The notes under the pieces were generated by a model, which had not been told where the DNA came from, did not search any database, and was given only the letters and a program-made list of their open reading frames with translations. This document shows, in pieces, positions 1-9,992 of a stretch of 64,000 bases of DNA. Location of the stretch: IMG/VR virus record IMGVR_UViG_3300042541_001664, positions 9,457 through 73,456 of that record; one strand, given 5' to 3'. Positions within the stretch are counted from its first letter, which is position 1. Every line of letters starts with the position of its first letter. The DNA is from a virus. Made by a program: the position numbers and the translations under genes.

Positions 1-156
1 GGATTCTATTATTGATGCCATTGTTACAAATAACATAAAGCAACCAAGCACAATTGCCATAAATGTGCCTAGCGATTTTAATGCTTTATTTTCATTTGTA
101 TTAAATAGCAAATACACCATAAAGGATATATAGCATAATAAAAATACTACCATCAT
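1..156 (-). CDS. small membrane protein, runs off the window start
   Basis: ATG at 156 reads MMVVFLLCYISFMVYLLF...GTFMAIVLGCFMLFVTMASIIES in an open frame to base 1; two hydrophobic stretches. Confidence 0.6.
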   Translation of the reverse strand, partial: MMVVFLLCYISFMVYLLFNTNENKALKSLGTFMAIVLGCFMLFVTMASIIES

Positions 157-158
157 AG

Positions 159-359
159 TTAGAATTTGTATTTGTTAAAAACATCTTTTAATTCAAGTGG
201 TTCAACAAGTGTTTTAGGATCAACTATTTTAAATACATTTTTTCCCTCACTAACACCCAACCCATAACTTCCAAATCTGCAATATGTTATACCATCAAGC
301 ATGAAAAACTTACCATCTGGAAGTTCATTAAATTCAATAGAATTTTCTGTGTTTGTCAT
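159..359 (-). CDS. hypothetical protein
   Basis: 66 aa ORF, co-oriented and tightly packed. Confidence 0.65.
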   Translation of the reverse strand: MTNTENSIEFNELPDGKFFMLDGITYCRFGSYGLGVSEGKNVFKIVDPKTLVEPLELKDVFNKYKF

Positions 360-417
360 AGTTATTTTGTTTTGTTAAGAAAAGATAATAAACTTTGTCA
401 CATAATCCAAAATAAAA

Positions 418-1323
418 TCATTTTAAGTAAGAAAAAATATGTGCAATAACATCAACAGTCCAGGCATTGCCAATCATCTTTTTTGCTTGTGATACTGATA
501 CCAAATTTGTATACCCCTCTGGTAGTGTTTGAAGCCTCTCATATTCCAATAATGAATAATATCTAAATGGTAGTTTATCTTTAAATGCGTTTGGATGTCT
601 ACCAATTGGCAAAGGGGTTAAAACATTATCCTTATCAACTGTTGTTAAGCAATTGCTTTTATTTGTGTTTGTTGCTCTAACTTCCAGACATTGTGTGATA
701 GGAATATCTTTATTATAATCACTCCTCTTACCAGCCTCATTAAGCCTTCTACCAATGATGGTGGCCTTATTTAACCTTCTACCCCTAATTGCGGCTGGAT
801 TGGCATTAGAATCAATTTCTAGCACATCATTGAGGGTTATTCCCCTATCCTCAGGAATACCAACGCCAGGAATATTTGTCCAATATAATCTAACCCTATT
901 CTGAGCTGATACTAATGAACTATTAATTTTGATTGGGGCAACTCCTAGATATTCTGTAATAATATCCTCATATTCTTTTTTCATCACAACATTTTCCAAT
1001 AAGAAATATTTTGGTTTGCACTCATTAATCAATCTAACAAATTCAAAAAACAATTTACTTCTTGGATCGTCAAAATTAAGTTGCTTACCTGCAAATGAAA
1101 ATCCTTGGCAAGGGCTACCGCCAATTAACAAATCAATCTTTGATGCAATAAATTCAATTTTTGTCACATCACCTAATTGAACTGTGTTGGGGTAATGATG
1201 CTGTGTAACTTTTATGGCATTCTTATCTATTTCTGATGCAAAATAATTGTTGTATGGAATATTAGCCTTATTCAAGGCAATTTGCCCACAACTTATTCCA
1301 TCAAACAAACTCAATACATTCAT
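418..1323 (-). CDS. C5 DNA (cytosine-5) methyltransferase
   Basis: motif I SLFDG, catalytic GGSPCQG, ENV, QNRVR, motif X IGNAW. Confidence 0.95.
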   Translation of the reverse strand: MNVLSLFDGISCGQIALNKANIPYNNYFASEIDKNAIKVTQHHYPNTVQLGDVTKIEFIASKIDLLIGGSPCQGFSFAGKQLNFDDPRSKLFFEFVRLINECKPKYFLLENVVMKKEYEDIITEYLGVAPIKINSSLVSAQNRVRLYWTNIPGVGIPEDRGITLNDVLEIDSNANPAAIRGRRLNKATIIGRRLNEAGKRSDYNKDIPITQCLEVRATNTNKSNCLTTVDKDNVLTPLPIGRHPNAFKDKLPFRYYSLLEYERLQTLPEGYTNLVSVSQAKKMIGNAWTVDVIAHIFSYLK

Positions 1324-1379
1324 ATTTCAATATTTTTTAATATATGAGCAATAACATCAACTGCCCACGCATTACCTAT
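1320..1379 (-). pseudogene. orphan 3' end of a C5 methyltransferase gene
   Basis: reads IGNAWAVDVIAHILKNIEI* (compare LGNGWTVDVIAHIFKNIEI* of 2857..3927); its TGA overlaps the next ATG as at other array junctions. Confidence 0.85.
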
Positions 1380-1969
1380 TATGTATTTAAATTTAATGCT
1401 TGTTTAAATTTAATACAATCATTCCAATAACAACCATTACAAGTCCCTTCATATTTATCAACACCTTCAATATATGAAATAGGAAAACCTAAAGTTTTAG
1501 CATCAAATCTTATACCTGTATTAATACATCGAGTACAATCTGTTCTTTTGTTTAAATTTGCTTGACCACACAAAGGCTGAAAATCTTCTACTTTTTGAGT
1601 CTCTGTATTTAAAACATTTTCATCATCATACCTACCATTTTTATGGTCAATAACAATTCGATTGTTAGTTGTATCATTAAACCCTGTATGCACACAAGGT
1701 TTATTCGATAATTGATTTCTAATTTCTTTTTTTATAGGTCTATTGGATTTTTGAATTTCAACAAATCCATTAAACCTCCAATGTGTTATATTATTAATTA
1801 TTTTTTTTTCTAATTTTAGATGGTTCAAACCCCTATTCCTCATCCAATGATTACCATTTCTTGGATATAAATTAGCAAAATCATCAACAAGTTCATTTTT
1901 TGAAACCCATCTTGATATTCCGTATTTATCTGGTTTGAATAATAAGAGAACCAAATTTGTATTACTCAT
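1379..1969 (-). CDS. IceA1/NlaIII-like HNH restriction endonuclease
   Basis: PDKYGISRWV, IDHKNGRYDD, QKVEDFQPLC, CTRCINTGIRFDA and CNGCYW match the ICEA/NlaIII family pattern. Confidence 0.8.
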   Translation of the reverse strand: MSNTNLVLLLFKPDKYGISRWVSKNELVDDFANLYPRNGNHWMRNRGLNHLKLEKKIINNITHWRFNGFVEIQKSNRPIKKEIRNQLSNKPCVHTGFNDTTNNRIVIDHKNGRYDDENVLNTETQKVEDFQPLCGQANLNKRTDCTRCINTGIRFDAKTLGFPISYIEGVDKYEGTCNGCYWNDCIKFKQALNLNT

Positions 1970-2029
1970 AATTTTGTTTTTTAATTAAGGTAAAATTAAT
2001 GTTTTTTTTTAATTAAAGTAAATTTATTA

Positions 2030-2860
2030 CTAAATATTTTTGAAAATGTGGAAAATAACATCAACTGTCCAGCCATCACCAATACAATCATACGCCTCAT
2101 CATAAGATAGTATTTTTGTATATCCAACAGGTAGGGTTTGTAATTTTTCTATTTCAGTTTGCGATAAATATCTATACACCCCATCTCTGTATAGGTAATT
2201 TTCATTCCATTTCTTATGACCTAATGCTGTGAGGCATCCACTCTTAGGATATGGATTCACTTTAGTATATCCATTTTTTATTGATTTTTTACCGCTTTCA
2301 GAATTAAGCCATTTTACTCTACACTCATCAGCCAACACCCCGGAATAATCAAAAATATCATTTGTAGTTATTCCCTTATCTAGGGGTTGTTTAATGTCTG
2401 GGATATTTGTCCAGTAATATCTTGGTCTATTTTGTGCTGAAACTAATTTACTATTAATTGATATTGGTTTTATTCCTAAAGTTTCAGTAATAGTATTGGT
2501 GGCCTCCTTGTTACCATGAGTATTTTCAAGTAGGTAATATTTTGGTTTAACTTCATCAAGTAATCTAATATATTCCCAGAACAATCTACTTTCTGAATGT
2601 TCAAGTCCTTCTTGATTTTTATTTAGCCTTGAGATACCCTTACAAGGGCTACCACCAATAAATAAATCAATCTTTGGTAAATCACTACCTTTTAAATTTA
2701 AAATATCCCCCAATTGAATTGTGTTGGGGTAATTATCTAAAGTGCATTTTATTGCGTGAGGTTTAATTTCAGATGCATAATAATTGTCATATGATATATT
2801 TGCTCTATTTAAAGCAATTTGCCCACAACTGATTCCATCAAACAAACTTAATACATTCAT
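2030..2860 (-). CDS. C5 DNA methyltransferase
   Basis: SLFDG, GGSPCKG, LENT, QNRPR, IGDGWTVDVI. Confidence 0.93.
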   Translation of the reverse strand: MNVLSLFDGISCGQIALNRANISYDNYYASEIKPHAIKCTLDNYPNTIQLGDILNLKGSDLPKIDLFIGGSPCKGISRLNKNQEGLEHSESRLFWEYIRLLDEVKPKYYLLENTHGNKEATNTITETLGIKPISINSKLVSAQNRPRYYWTNIPDIKQPLDKGITTNDIFDYSGVLADECRVKWLNSESGKKSIKNGYTKVNPYPKSGCLTALGHKKWNENYLYRDGVYRYLSQTEIEKLQTLPVGYTKILSYDEAYDCIGDGWTVDVIFHIFKNI

Positions 2861-3927
2861 ATTTCAATATTTTTAAATATGTGAGCAATAACATCAACAG
2901 TCCAACCATTCCCCAGCATTTTATACCTTTGAGTATTTGAAACACTTTTTGTATATCCAATAGGTACAGTTTGAAGTTTCTCGAAATGGTTCGGATTTAA
3001 ATAAAACATTTCTTTACCATCAGTAATCGTTTTTCGCTGTCCTACACCTGTTAGTGTTGTAAGTGTTGGATGCTTTCCATCAATATGATAAATTCGTTTT
3101 GCCATATCAAATGAATTGTTTTTAATTTCAAATTCTGTAACCGCCTTATCATATTTACAATCTTCAATACTCAAACATTTTTTTAGTTTATCCCAATATT
3201 CAACATCAGGTATTGAAAAACTGCCATCCATTCTGAACCAATGTTCTACCATAGTTTTTGGGGCATCACAAAAATTTGCTATTTCGTTTATCGTTTTTGT
3301 TTTATGGTTTCGCAAAAATAAAGCAAGTTCTTTTTTATCAATGTAATTTTTTCTTACACTAACTTTAAAATCAGATTTGCTCATCAGTATTTTATTTTTA
3401 CGTTCATTAACAATCGGTAGTCCTAAAACATCTGCAATAACTTCATTTGAGTTTGGTAATTCATTTTGAAAAGGAATATTTGTCCAATACAATCGTTTTC
3501 TCTGCTGTGCTGAAAATAATGAACTGCAAATCTCAATAGGTTTTACACCCAACTCATTTGATATTATATCTTGCCACTCTTGTTTCATTTTAACATTCTC
3601 CAAAAGAAAATATTTTGGTTTTGTTTCCTTTAATACTCTAACATATTCCCAAAATAATTTACTCTTCCCATCAAATCCATTTCTTAAACCTGCGTTGCTG
3701 AAACTTTGACAAGGGCTACCCCCAATTAGCAAATCAATCTTTGGTAGATCATCTCCATTTATTTGGGTTACATCCCCCAATTGTATTGTTTCTGGATAAT
3801 TGTGTTGCGTAACATTTATAGCATTCTTATCAATTTCAGCAGCATAATACTTATCATAAGGAATATTTGCTCGATTTAAAGCAATCTGTCCGCAACTCAT
3901 ACCATCAAACAAACTTAATACATTCAT
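2857..3927 (-). CDS. C5 DNA methyltransferase with an HTH-like insert in the variable region
   Basis: SLFDG, GGSPCQS, ENV, QQRKR, LGNGW; insert KTINEIANFCDAPKTMVEHWFR. Confidence 0.95.
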   Translation of the reverse strand: MNVLSLFDGMSCGQIALNRANIPYDKYYAAEIDKNAINVTQHNYPETIQLGDVTQINGDDLPKIDLLIGGSPCQSFSNAGLRNGFDGKSKLFWEYVRVLKETKPKYFLLENVKMKQEWQDIISNELGVKPIEICSSLFSAQQRKRLYWTNIPFQNELPNSNEVIADVLGLPIVNERKNKILMSKSDFKVSVRKNYIDKKELALFLRNHKTKTINEIANFCDAPKTMVEHWFRMDGSFSIPDVEYWDKLKKCLSIEDCKYDKAVTEFEIKNNSFDMAKRIYHIDGKHPTLTTLTGVGQRKTITDGKEMFYLNPNHFEKLQTVPIGYTKSVSNTQRYKMLGNGWTVDVIAHIFKNIEI

Positions 3928-5114
3928 AATTCAATATTTTTTAGTATATGAGCAATAACATCAACAGTCCAACCATTCCCCAACATCTTATATCTTTGGG
4001 TATTTGATACCCCTTCTGTATAATTGTCAGGAACAGTTTGCAATCTTTCACACTCAATGGGAGTTAATTTCCTAATCTTGTATTTATCGTTTATATCATC
4101 TGTTATTAGTGCATTACCAATCCCAGTACTTCCACCACTATTTGCTGACAAACAAGGTGATTTTCCATCAGTTGAATATATTCTTTCCCCTTGTGAAAAG
4201 TTTCTTTGCAAGTTTTTCCCATTATCAAGCCATTTCTTATTTCCACCCAATGCACCAACACATTTTAATTCAGATTCTGAATGATGACTATCAATTGTAA
4301 TAACATATGGCATAAAGGAGGGGGTAATTGCAGTAAATTTACCTTCATCTGAATAAATTCTATCCTGTAATGATGGTTGTAAATCTGGAATTCCATTTCT
4401 ACCCCCCTTTGAGTTAATACATATTGGAATATCTTTAATATATTGCTGATCCCTACCACCCATTTTATAATATCCAGCATGTATTGTTCCTGACTTTTCT
4501 GGTAAACTAGTTTCTTTAATGACTTTATTATTGTGTCTATTTAATTTTTCAATAGCAATCTTTGATATGTAATATTTATCATCCACAATAGGTTCTAAAA
4601 TATCTTTTAAATATATTTTTCTATTTTCTGGTTGTTCTATACCTCCAATATTGGTCCAATACAACCTAAGTCTGTTCTGCGCTGACACCAATGAACTATT
4701 AATTCTTATTGGTTCAACACCCATATGCTCTGAAATTATATCAGAAAACTCTTTCTTCATTTTTACATTCTCAAGCAAAAATTTTACATCTGGGTTCTTT
4801 ATTCTAACTTCATTTAATATTCTAACAAACTCAAAAAACAATTTGCTTCTTGGGTCATCAAAATTAAGTTGCTTACCAGCAAAAGAGAACCCCTGACATG
4901 GACTCCCCCCAATTAACAAATCAATCTTTGGTAAAGTACTCGCATCTAATTTTGTTACATCCCCCAGTTGTTTTGTGTTTGGGTGATTTTTCTGTGTAAC
5001 TTGCATAGCGTATTTATCAATTTCACAAGCAAAATAATTATCATAATTCAGCCCCAATTTATTCAAGGCAATTTGACCACAAGACATCCCATCAAATAAA
5101 CTTAATATATTCAT
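3924..5114 (-). CDS. C5 DNA methyltransferase with a long variable region
   Basis: SLFDG, GGSPCQG, ENV, QNRLR, LTPIECERLQT, LGNGW. Confidence 0.95.
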   Translation of the reverse strand: MNILSLFDGMSCGQIALNKLGLNYDNYFACEIDKYAMQVTQKNHPNTKQLGDVTKLDASTLPKIDLLIGGSPCQGFSFAGKQLNFDDPRSKLFFEFVRILNEVRIKNPDVKFLLENVKMKKEFSDIISEHMGVEPIRINSSLVSAQNRLRLYWTNIGGIEQPENRKIYLKDILEPIVDDKYYISKIAIEKLNRHNNKVIKETSLPEKSGTIHAGYYKMGGRDQQYIKDIPICINSKGGRNGIPDLQPSLQDRIYSDEGKFTAITPSFMPYVITIDSHHSESELKCVGALGGNKKWLDNGKNLQRNFSQGERIYSTDGKSPCLSANSGGSTGIGNALITDDINDKYKIRKLTPIECERLQTVPDNYTEGVSNTQRYKMLGNGWTVDVIAHILKNIEL

Positions 5115-5926
5115 AATTTAATATTTTTTAATATATGGGCAATAACATCAACTGTCCACCCGTTCCCCAACATTTTATACCTTTGAGTGTTTGAAACACT
5201 TTTTGTATATCCAATAGGCATAGTTTGTATTCTTTCACATTCTTCTGGCGTAAGCATTCTATGGGCAGTTCTATCATCATCTAAAAAACTTTCCCTAATA
5301 CTAATTGCTGGTCTACCACTTCCTCTTATACCTTTGTAATAGGTTGCAGTTAATGTGTTAAATATATTTTTTTGTTTAAAAACTCTATCTACCCCACAAG
5401 ATGTTGGAAACCCTTCTCCCTCTATAAAATCAGAAATATTGTAATGCTTTTGTTCAGGCTGCACCACATTTGGTATATTAGTCCAATATAGTCTTCTTCG
5501 TGCTTGGGGTACAAATTTAGCACTTGAAATTTCAATTGGTTTAACATTTAACGCTTCAGTAATTATATCTTCCCACTCTTTTTTCATAATTACATTTTCC
5601 AATAAAAAATAAGTTGGATTAACCTCTTTTAATACTCTAACATAATCCCAGAATAATCCACTTTTCCCATCAAAACCTGTATTATCACCAACTCTACTAA
5701 AACTTTGACAAGGACTACCGCCAATCACCAAATCAATCTTTGGTAATGTACTAACATCTAGTTTTGTTATATCCCCTAACTGAATTGTTTTTGGATAATT
5801 ATGTTGGGCTACATCCATAGCATATTTATCAATCTCAGATGCAAAATAATTATCATATTGCACCCCTACTCTATTTAGAGCAATCTGTCCACAAGACATC
5901 CCATCAAATAAACTTAATACATTCAT
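5111..5926 (-). CDS. C5 DNA methyltransferase
   Basis: SLFDG, GGSPCQS, ENV, QARRR, LTPEECERIQT, LGNGW. Confidence 0.95.
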   Translation of the reverse strand: MNVLSLFDGMSCGQIALNRVGVQYDNYFASEIDKYAMDVAQHNYPKTIQLGDITKLDVSTLPKIDLVIGGSPCQSFSRVGDNTGFDGKSGLFWDYVRVLKEVNPTYFLLENVIMKKEWEDIITEALNVKPIEISSAKFVPQARRRLYWTNIPNVVQPEQKHYNISDFIEGEGFPTSCGVDRVFKQKNIFNTLTATYYKGIRGSGRPAISIRESFLDDDRTAHRMLTPEECERIQTMPIGYTKSVSNTQRYKMLGNGWTVDVIAHILKNIKL

Positions 5927-5934
5927 AAAAATTA

Positions 5935-6558
5935 TTAATTAATTGTTGATAATAAAACTTCTCTACACAATTCTTCTGGGATTTTGCTTCTCTCATACGA
6001 TCCTTTTCTACCTTGTGTTCCAGTCTTAGAACCCCTTGGTGCAGGTGCGTGATGACATTCTTTGTTACCATTATGACATACTGGTCTTGGAATCCATGTA
6101 TCAGAGTTTGTCCATATATCAGTTGGTTTGGCTCTTTCATCACCATATGTGCAATACCAAACAGTATGTCTTTTAAACTCTTGCATCCATGGCATTTTAC
6201 GCAACATACCCCTTGGATTCTCAATAAAGAAAACCATATTAGGATTTATCTCCAACCATTCTTTTATTAAAGAAATAAAATGCTGATTTGTAATATCACA
6301 TTTTTTTGCATATTCACTTTTTGGTTCTGTATTATTTCTATGTGTAGAAATAGCAGCTATAGTATATGTAGTACAGTCTGGTGAAGCCCAAATAACATCA
6401 GGGGTAAAAGGTATATCTTCTTTTGTTAATTTTGCAACATCAATACATAAATCAATATCTTCATATTTCTCCCAGTCAACAGAAAATACATTCATCCCCA
6501 ACTCATCCCCAACTTTGCCAATAGATCTGCTACCAGCAAATAACTCCAATACATTCAT
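5935..6558 (-). CDS. short, divergent C5 DNA methyltransferase
   Basis: LELFAG, WASPDC, FFIENP. Confidence 0.85.
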   Translation of the reverse strand: MNVLELFAGSRSIGKVGDELGMNVFSVDWEKYEDIDLCIDVAKLTKEDIPFTPDVIWASPDCTTYTIAAISTHRNNTEPKSEYAKKCDITNQHFISLIKEWLEINPNMVFFIENPRGMLRKMPWMQEFKRHTVWYCTYGDERAKPTDIWTNSDTWIPRPVCHNGNKECHHAPAPRGSKTGTQGRKGSYERSKIPEELCREVLLSTIN

Positions 6559-6620
6559 ATAAGTTTGTTTTATCTAAATATAAGTGAATATACTAAATAG
6601 TCCAAACTAATAATTTAATT

Positions 6621-6923
6621 TTAAGCGATTTTATTTGCATCAATAACGTATCCAGCCATATCAGCCTTAACCCCATTTATAACTCCCTTTGAATTTCTTA
6701 TAAATGATGCCGACCCTTTAAACGGGAAATAAGTTATGGTAAATACATCCTTCTTATCAGAGGGTGTGAAACTAATTGTTTTACCATCATAGGTAAATTT
6801 TATCTTATTACCATCAGTATATAACTTACCAGTCCTTCCATCATTGGCTTTATATTCACCAAGATATTCATCCAAAATTATTTCAGATTTTTTTTGATTG
6901 AAAAATTTAAAAACATTAAACAT
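6621..6923 (-). CDS. hypothetical beta-rich protein
   Basis: 100 aa ORF abutting its neighbour. Confidence 0.7.
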   Translation of the reverse strand: MFNVFKFFNQKKSEIILDEYLGEYKANDGRTGKLYTDGNKIKFTYDGKTISFTPSDKKDVFTITYFPFKGSASFIRNSKGVINGVKADMAGYVIDANKIA

Positions 6924-6924
6924 A

Positions 6925-7524
6925 TTATTGCATTTTACTTTTTACCATATTATAAAAGTATTTGCTAATATCATTTGGGGATGTTATGTTTTTGCTTTTA
7001 AGATCATCCCTAAATCTAATTATCATACTTTTTATTGATTGAACTGATATATTTCTATATGGTGAATTTGCCCTATAATTCTTATCAATTAAATCTTTTT
7101 TCTGTAATTCTCTTATCTTTCTCATTGCAAATTCATCAGCAACCTCTTCTGTCTGTTTCATAAACTTGGCGGCCTCATCAATGCTAACATCACCAGAATA
7201 AACGCCATACATAATTTTATCACCATATTTCTTAAACTGGAATTGATGTGCAACCTCGTGGAAAATAACAAAAACCAAAAAACTTAAATTATCCCCAATC
7301 ATATTTGAGTTTATCAAAACGCCATTATGTAATGCCAATCCTAGTGCTGGATAATTAAATTTTGCAAACTCAATTTTCTTACATCCAGATTCTTCAATAA
7401 AATCTAACATTTCCACGTATAAAGAATCAGATATATCATACTCTGCTTGTATCTTATTTAAAAAGATAGTTATACCATCAGTTTCCTCATTAATTAGTGT
7501 TTTAAAAATTTCTATTAGTTTCAT
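6925..7524 (-). CDS. putative zinc metallopeptidase-like protein with LINE leader
   Basis: FHEVAH (HExxH) plus downstream EEVADEFA; N-terminus MKLIEIFKTLINE. Confidence 0.7.
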   Translation of the reverse strand: MKLIEIFKTLINEETDGITIFLNKIQAEYDISDSLYVEMLDFIEESGCKKIEFAKFNYPALGLALHNGVLINSNMIGDNLSFLVFVIFHEVAHQFQFKKYGDKIMYGVYSGDVSIDEAAKFMKQTEEVADEFAMRKIRELQKKDLIDKNYRANSPYRNISVQSIKSMIIRFRDDLKSKNITSPNDISKYFYNMVKSKMQ

Positions 7525-7528
7525 ATCA

Positions 7529-9196
7529 TTAATCTGTTCTAAATATTATCCAGGTATCATCACAAGCATATACCTCTTCCCACTCACCAGTATAAGACGA
7601 TAAAGTTGCATACTGATCTATTTTAAACATCTCCAAGGCAAATGCATCCATATTAAAATAATTTTCCTTATCAAAATCATAATCGTTCATAAATGATATG
7701 GGATTATTTTCATATACCTCATATCTTGAATCTATTGCAGCCTGAATTAACTCTTCAGAAATTTCATCTGGGCGGGCATTTATATATTCAATTTCATTTT
7801 CCAAATAATCTATTCTATCTTCATCTGTTGCTGTTTCAAGTTCCTTTTTTATTTCTTGAATTTCTTTTTCTTGGGCAGAACTTAAAACTCTATCATCAAT
7901 ATAATCTTTAGGTGAATCATATATCATTTCTGAAAAAAAATCATATATTTCATCATTATCCATTTTAATTACCTTATCAAAATTAATACCCATTCTCTTT
8001 AATTTTGTATAATAGGGTTCTTTTAAAATATAATCAAACTGATTATTATAACTATCTGCAATTGATTCTAATGCATTTATACGTGCAGTTTCCTCATCAT
8101 AAATTGTATATGTAACATTAGTTTCTTCCAAATCATCATAAAAAGTAAACTCAGTATGACTAAAATTAATATTATATTCATCAATTAATGATTTCTTAAT
8201 ATCATTATATTCATTTATTTTTTCACCAAATTCACTATCAGATAATTCACTAGAATTTACTATTGAATTTATTAGTTTGGCAAAATATAAACTTTCTTGC
8301 CTTGATGCTATATCTACCCCACTCTTACCTGAAAGGAATTTAAATGCTGCTAATCTTCTGCAATCCTCCCTAGACGCACCTTTTATACTTTCACCCTGAA
8401 TGCGGGCTTCATTTTGCTCAATTTCCTCATCACTAATAATTAAATCAATTCTTTTTCTAATTGTATCAGCATATTTTTTAAAATCTAAATCAGTTAATCT
8501 AAAATCTTCACCTGATTGATATTCAGATCCAAACGATTTTATAAAATAATCACCATCTTGATTTTTTAATTCAAGCAATTTAACAATATACTTATGGTAA
8601 ATTGATTCAACTTTTTTGTTGAACCTTCCCTTCAATTGATAAACAACCCCAGACTTAATGGCTGCTGTGGCAACTGATTTATTTGTAACTTTACCAGAAG
8701 TTTTTAATTCATTAACTCTTAAAGAATATATAACCCCCTTGCCTGACCTACCACAATGTCCCATTCTTTCAGCCTCTTCTGTGCAGGGATTTTGGTTTAA
8801 TCTAACCCAATAGTATCCTATACCATCATTATCTCTAAAATCTAATATAACTTTGTTTTTTTCATCATATTCAAAATCATATTCTTTAGCCTTTAAACTT
8901 TTATGCCAAGTTTCTTGCATTTCAACTAATGTATCAAAATCAACATTTCTTATTGTTTGGATATTACCATTTAATCCAACTCTAATCCAATCAATAATTC
9001 CTGTTATTTTTTCTATTTTTGATTTAATCCTTTTATCCTTTATTTTCTTTGCAATCCACATAGATAATTTGCCAGCCGTAGCATAAAGCAGTTCAGCATC
9101 AGATTGGGTTAACTTTGTTATTTTAACCAGATTATCAATTGTAGCTTTATTTTCAGTTAGAATACCAAATTGACTCTCTGTTATAATTATTTTCAT
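7529..9196 (-). CDS. large phage protein with a PcfJ-like domain and ILTE leader
   Basis: EAERMGHCG...IYSLR...YQLKGRFN; N-terminus MKIIITESQFGILTE. Confidence 0.65.
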   Translation of the reverse strand: MKIIITESQFGILTENKATIDNLVKITKLTQSDAELLYATAGKLSMWIAKKIKDKRIKSKIEKITGIIDWIRVGLNGNIQTIRNVDFDTLVEMQETWHKSLKAKEYDFEYDEKNKVILDFRDNDGIGYYWVRLNQNPCTEEAERMGHCGRSGKGVIYSLRVNELKTSGKVTNKSVATAAIKSGVVYQLKGRFNKKVESIYHKYIVKLLELKNQDGDYFIKSFGSEYQSGEDFRLTDLDFKKYADTIRKRIDLIISDEEIEQNEARIQGESIKGASREDCRRLAAFKFLSGKSGVDIASRQESLYFAKLINSIVNSSELSDSEFGEKINEYNDIKKSLIDEYNINFSHTEFTFYDDLEETNVTYTIYDEETARINALESIADSYNNQFDYILKEPYYTKLKRMGINFDKVIKMDNDEIYDFFSEMIYDSPKDYIDDRVLSSAQEKEIQEIKKELETATDEDRIDYLENEIEYINARPDEISEELIQAAIDSRYEVYENNPISFMNDYDFDKENYFNMDAFALEMFKIDQYATLSSYTGEWEEVYACDDTWIIFRTD

Positions 9197-9249
9197 AATT
9201 TATGTATTTATTACTATAAATATAATATATTTTAAAAACAAAAGAAAAT

Positions 9250-9663
9250 ATGAAATTAATTGTTAGTAAACAACAATTAGATATCTTGTTAAAATCAATA
9301 AATGATTTAGATAGTTTAAAAAAACTAAAAAACTGGTTTAAAAAAACTAATACATTTATACAAGATAATTGGGAGAAATTACAAGACTCCACAAAGTTAG
9401 AAAAAGAAGAAACAATAATTGCATTTTCTATCTTAAAAAAACATATTTTAAACCAAGGTGTGACATCCAAAGAATTGGCCTTTTTAAAGAACCAATCCTT
9501 GGATCTTGTAAAGATATTTTTCCTAATATGCACTAGGTTTGTCCCCCTACCTTTACCAATACTACCGACATTAATCTGGATTTCCAAGAAAACAAAATTT
9601 AACTTTTTTCCAAACTCTCATTTAAAAAATGGCGATGAAACAAAAAACCCCAACCTTAATTAG
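9250..9663 (+). CDS. hypothetical protein
   Basis: 137 aa; leader-like MKLIVSKQQLDILLK; hydrophobic Pro-rich segment. Confidence 0.7.
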   Translation: MKLIVSKQQLDILLKSINDLDSLKKLKNWFKKTNTFIQDNWEKLQDSTKLEKEETIIAFSILKKHILNQGVTSKELAFLKNQSLDLVKIFFLICTRFVPLPLPILPTLIWISKKTKFNFFPNSHLKNGDETKNPNLN

Positions 9664-9671
9664 GTTAGGGT
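9646..9671. terminator. hairpin between convergent genes
   Basis: ccc(c)aacct-taatt-aggttaggg. Confidence 0.5.
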
Positions 9672-9693
9672 CAATATAAAAGATTATAAGATG

Positions 9694-9963
9694 CTACAAA
9701 TTTTCTATTTCTTTTAAATATTCAGTTACTTCATCTTTACTTAAACTTGAAAGAACATCATTTGTGATTGGTGTGTCTGTTGTTATTGTACCATTTTGCA
9801 AAACTGCTAATTCGTAATAGGCATCATCCATATCCTCATCTTCATCAACTTCTGTTATAACAGAAGCACCATAACCATTATCAAATTCAATTTGTGCCCT
9901 CATTTTTGGTCTTCCTCTAAAAGAAGGTACTTCTTCAAAATTTAAATCATTAAAAGTAATCAT
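9694..9963 (-). CDS. hypothetical phage protein
   Basis: start moved to MITFNDLNF (9963) because the longer ORF overlaps tRNA-Pro; motif FDNGYGASVI...YELAVL. Confidence 0.8.
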   Translation of the reverse strand: MITFNDLNFEEVPSFRGRPKMRAQIEFDNGYGASVITEVDEDEDMDDAYYELAVLQNGTITTDTPITNDVLSSLSKDEVTEYLKEIENL

Positions 9964-9992
9964 AATAAAATTTTTTAAATTGTTAATTATTG

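Noticed and set aside
9153-9587. 144-aa minus-strand ORF and similar short overlapping ORFs in the track
   Set aside because: Antisense to better-supported genes, with no recognisable motifs.
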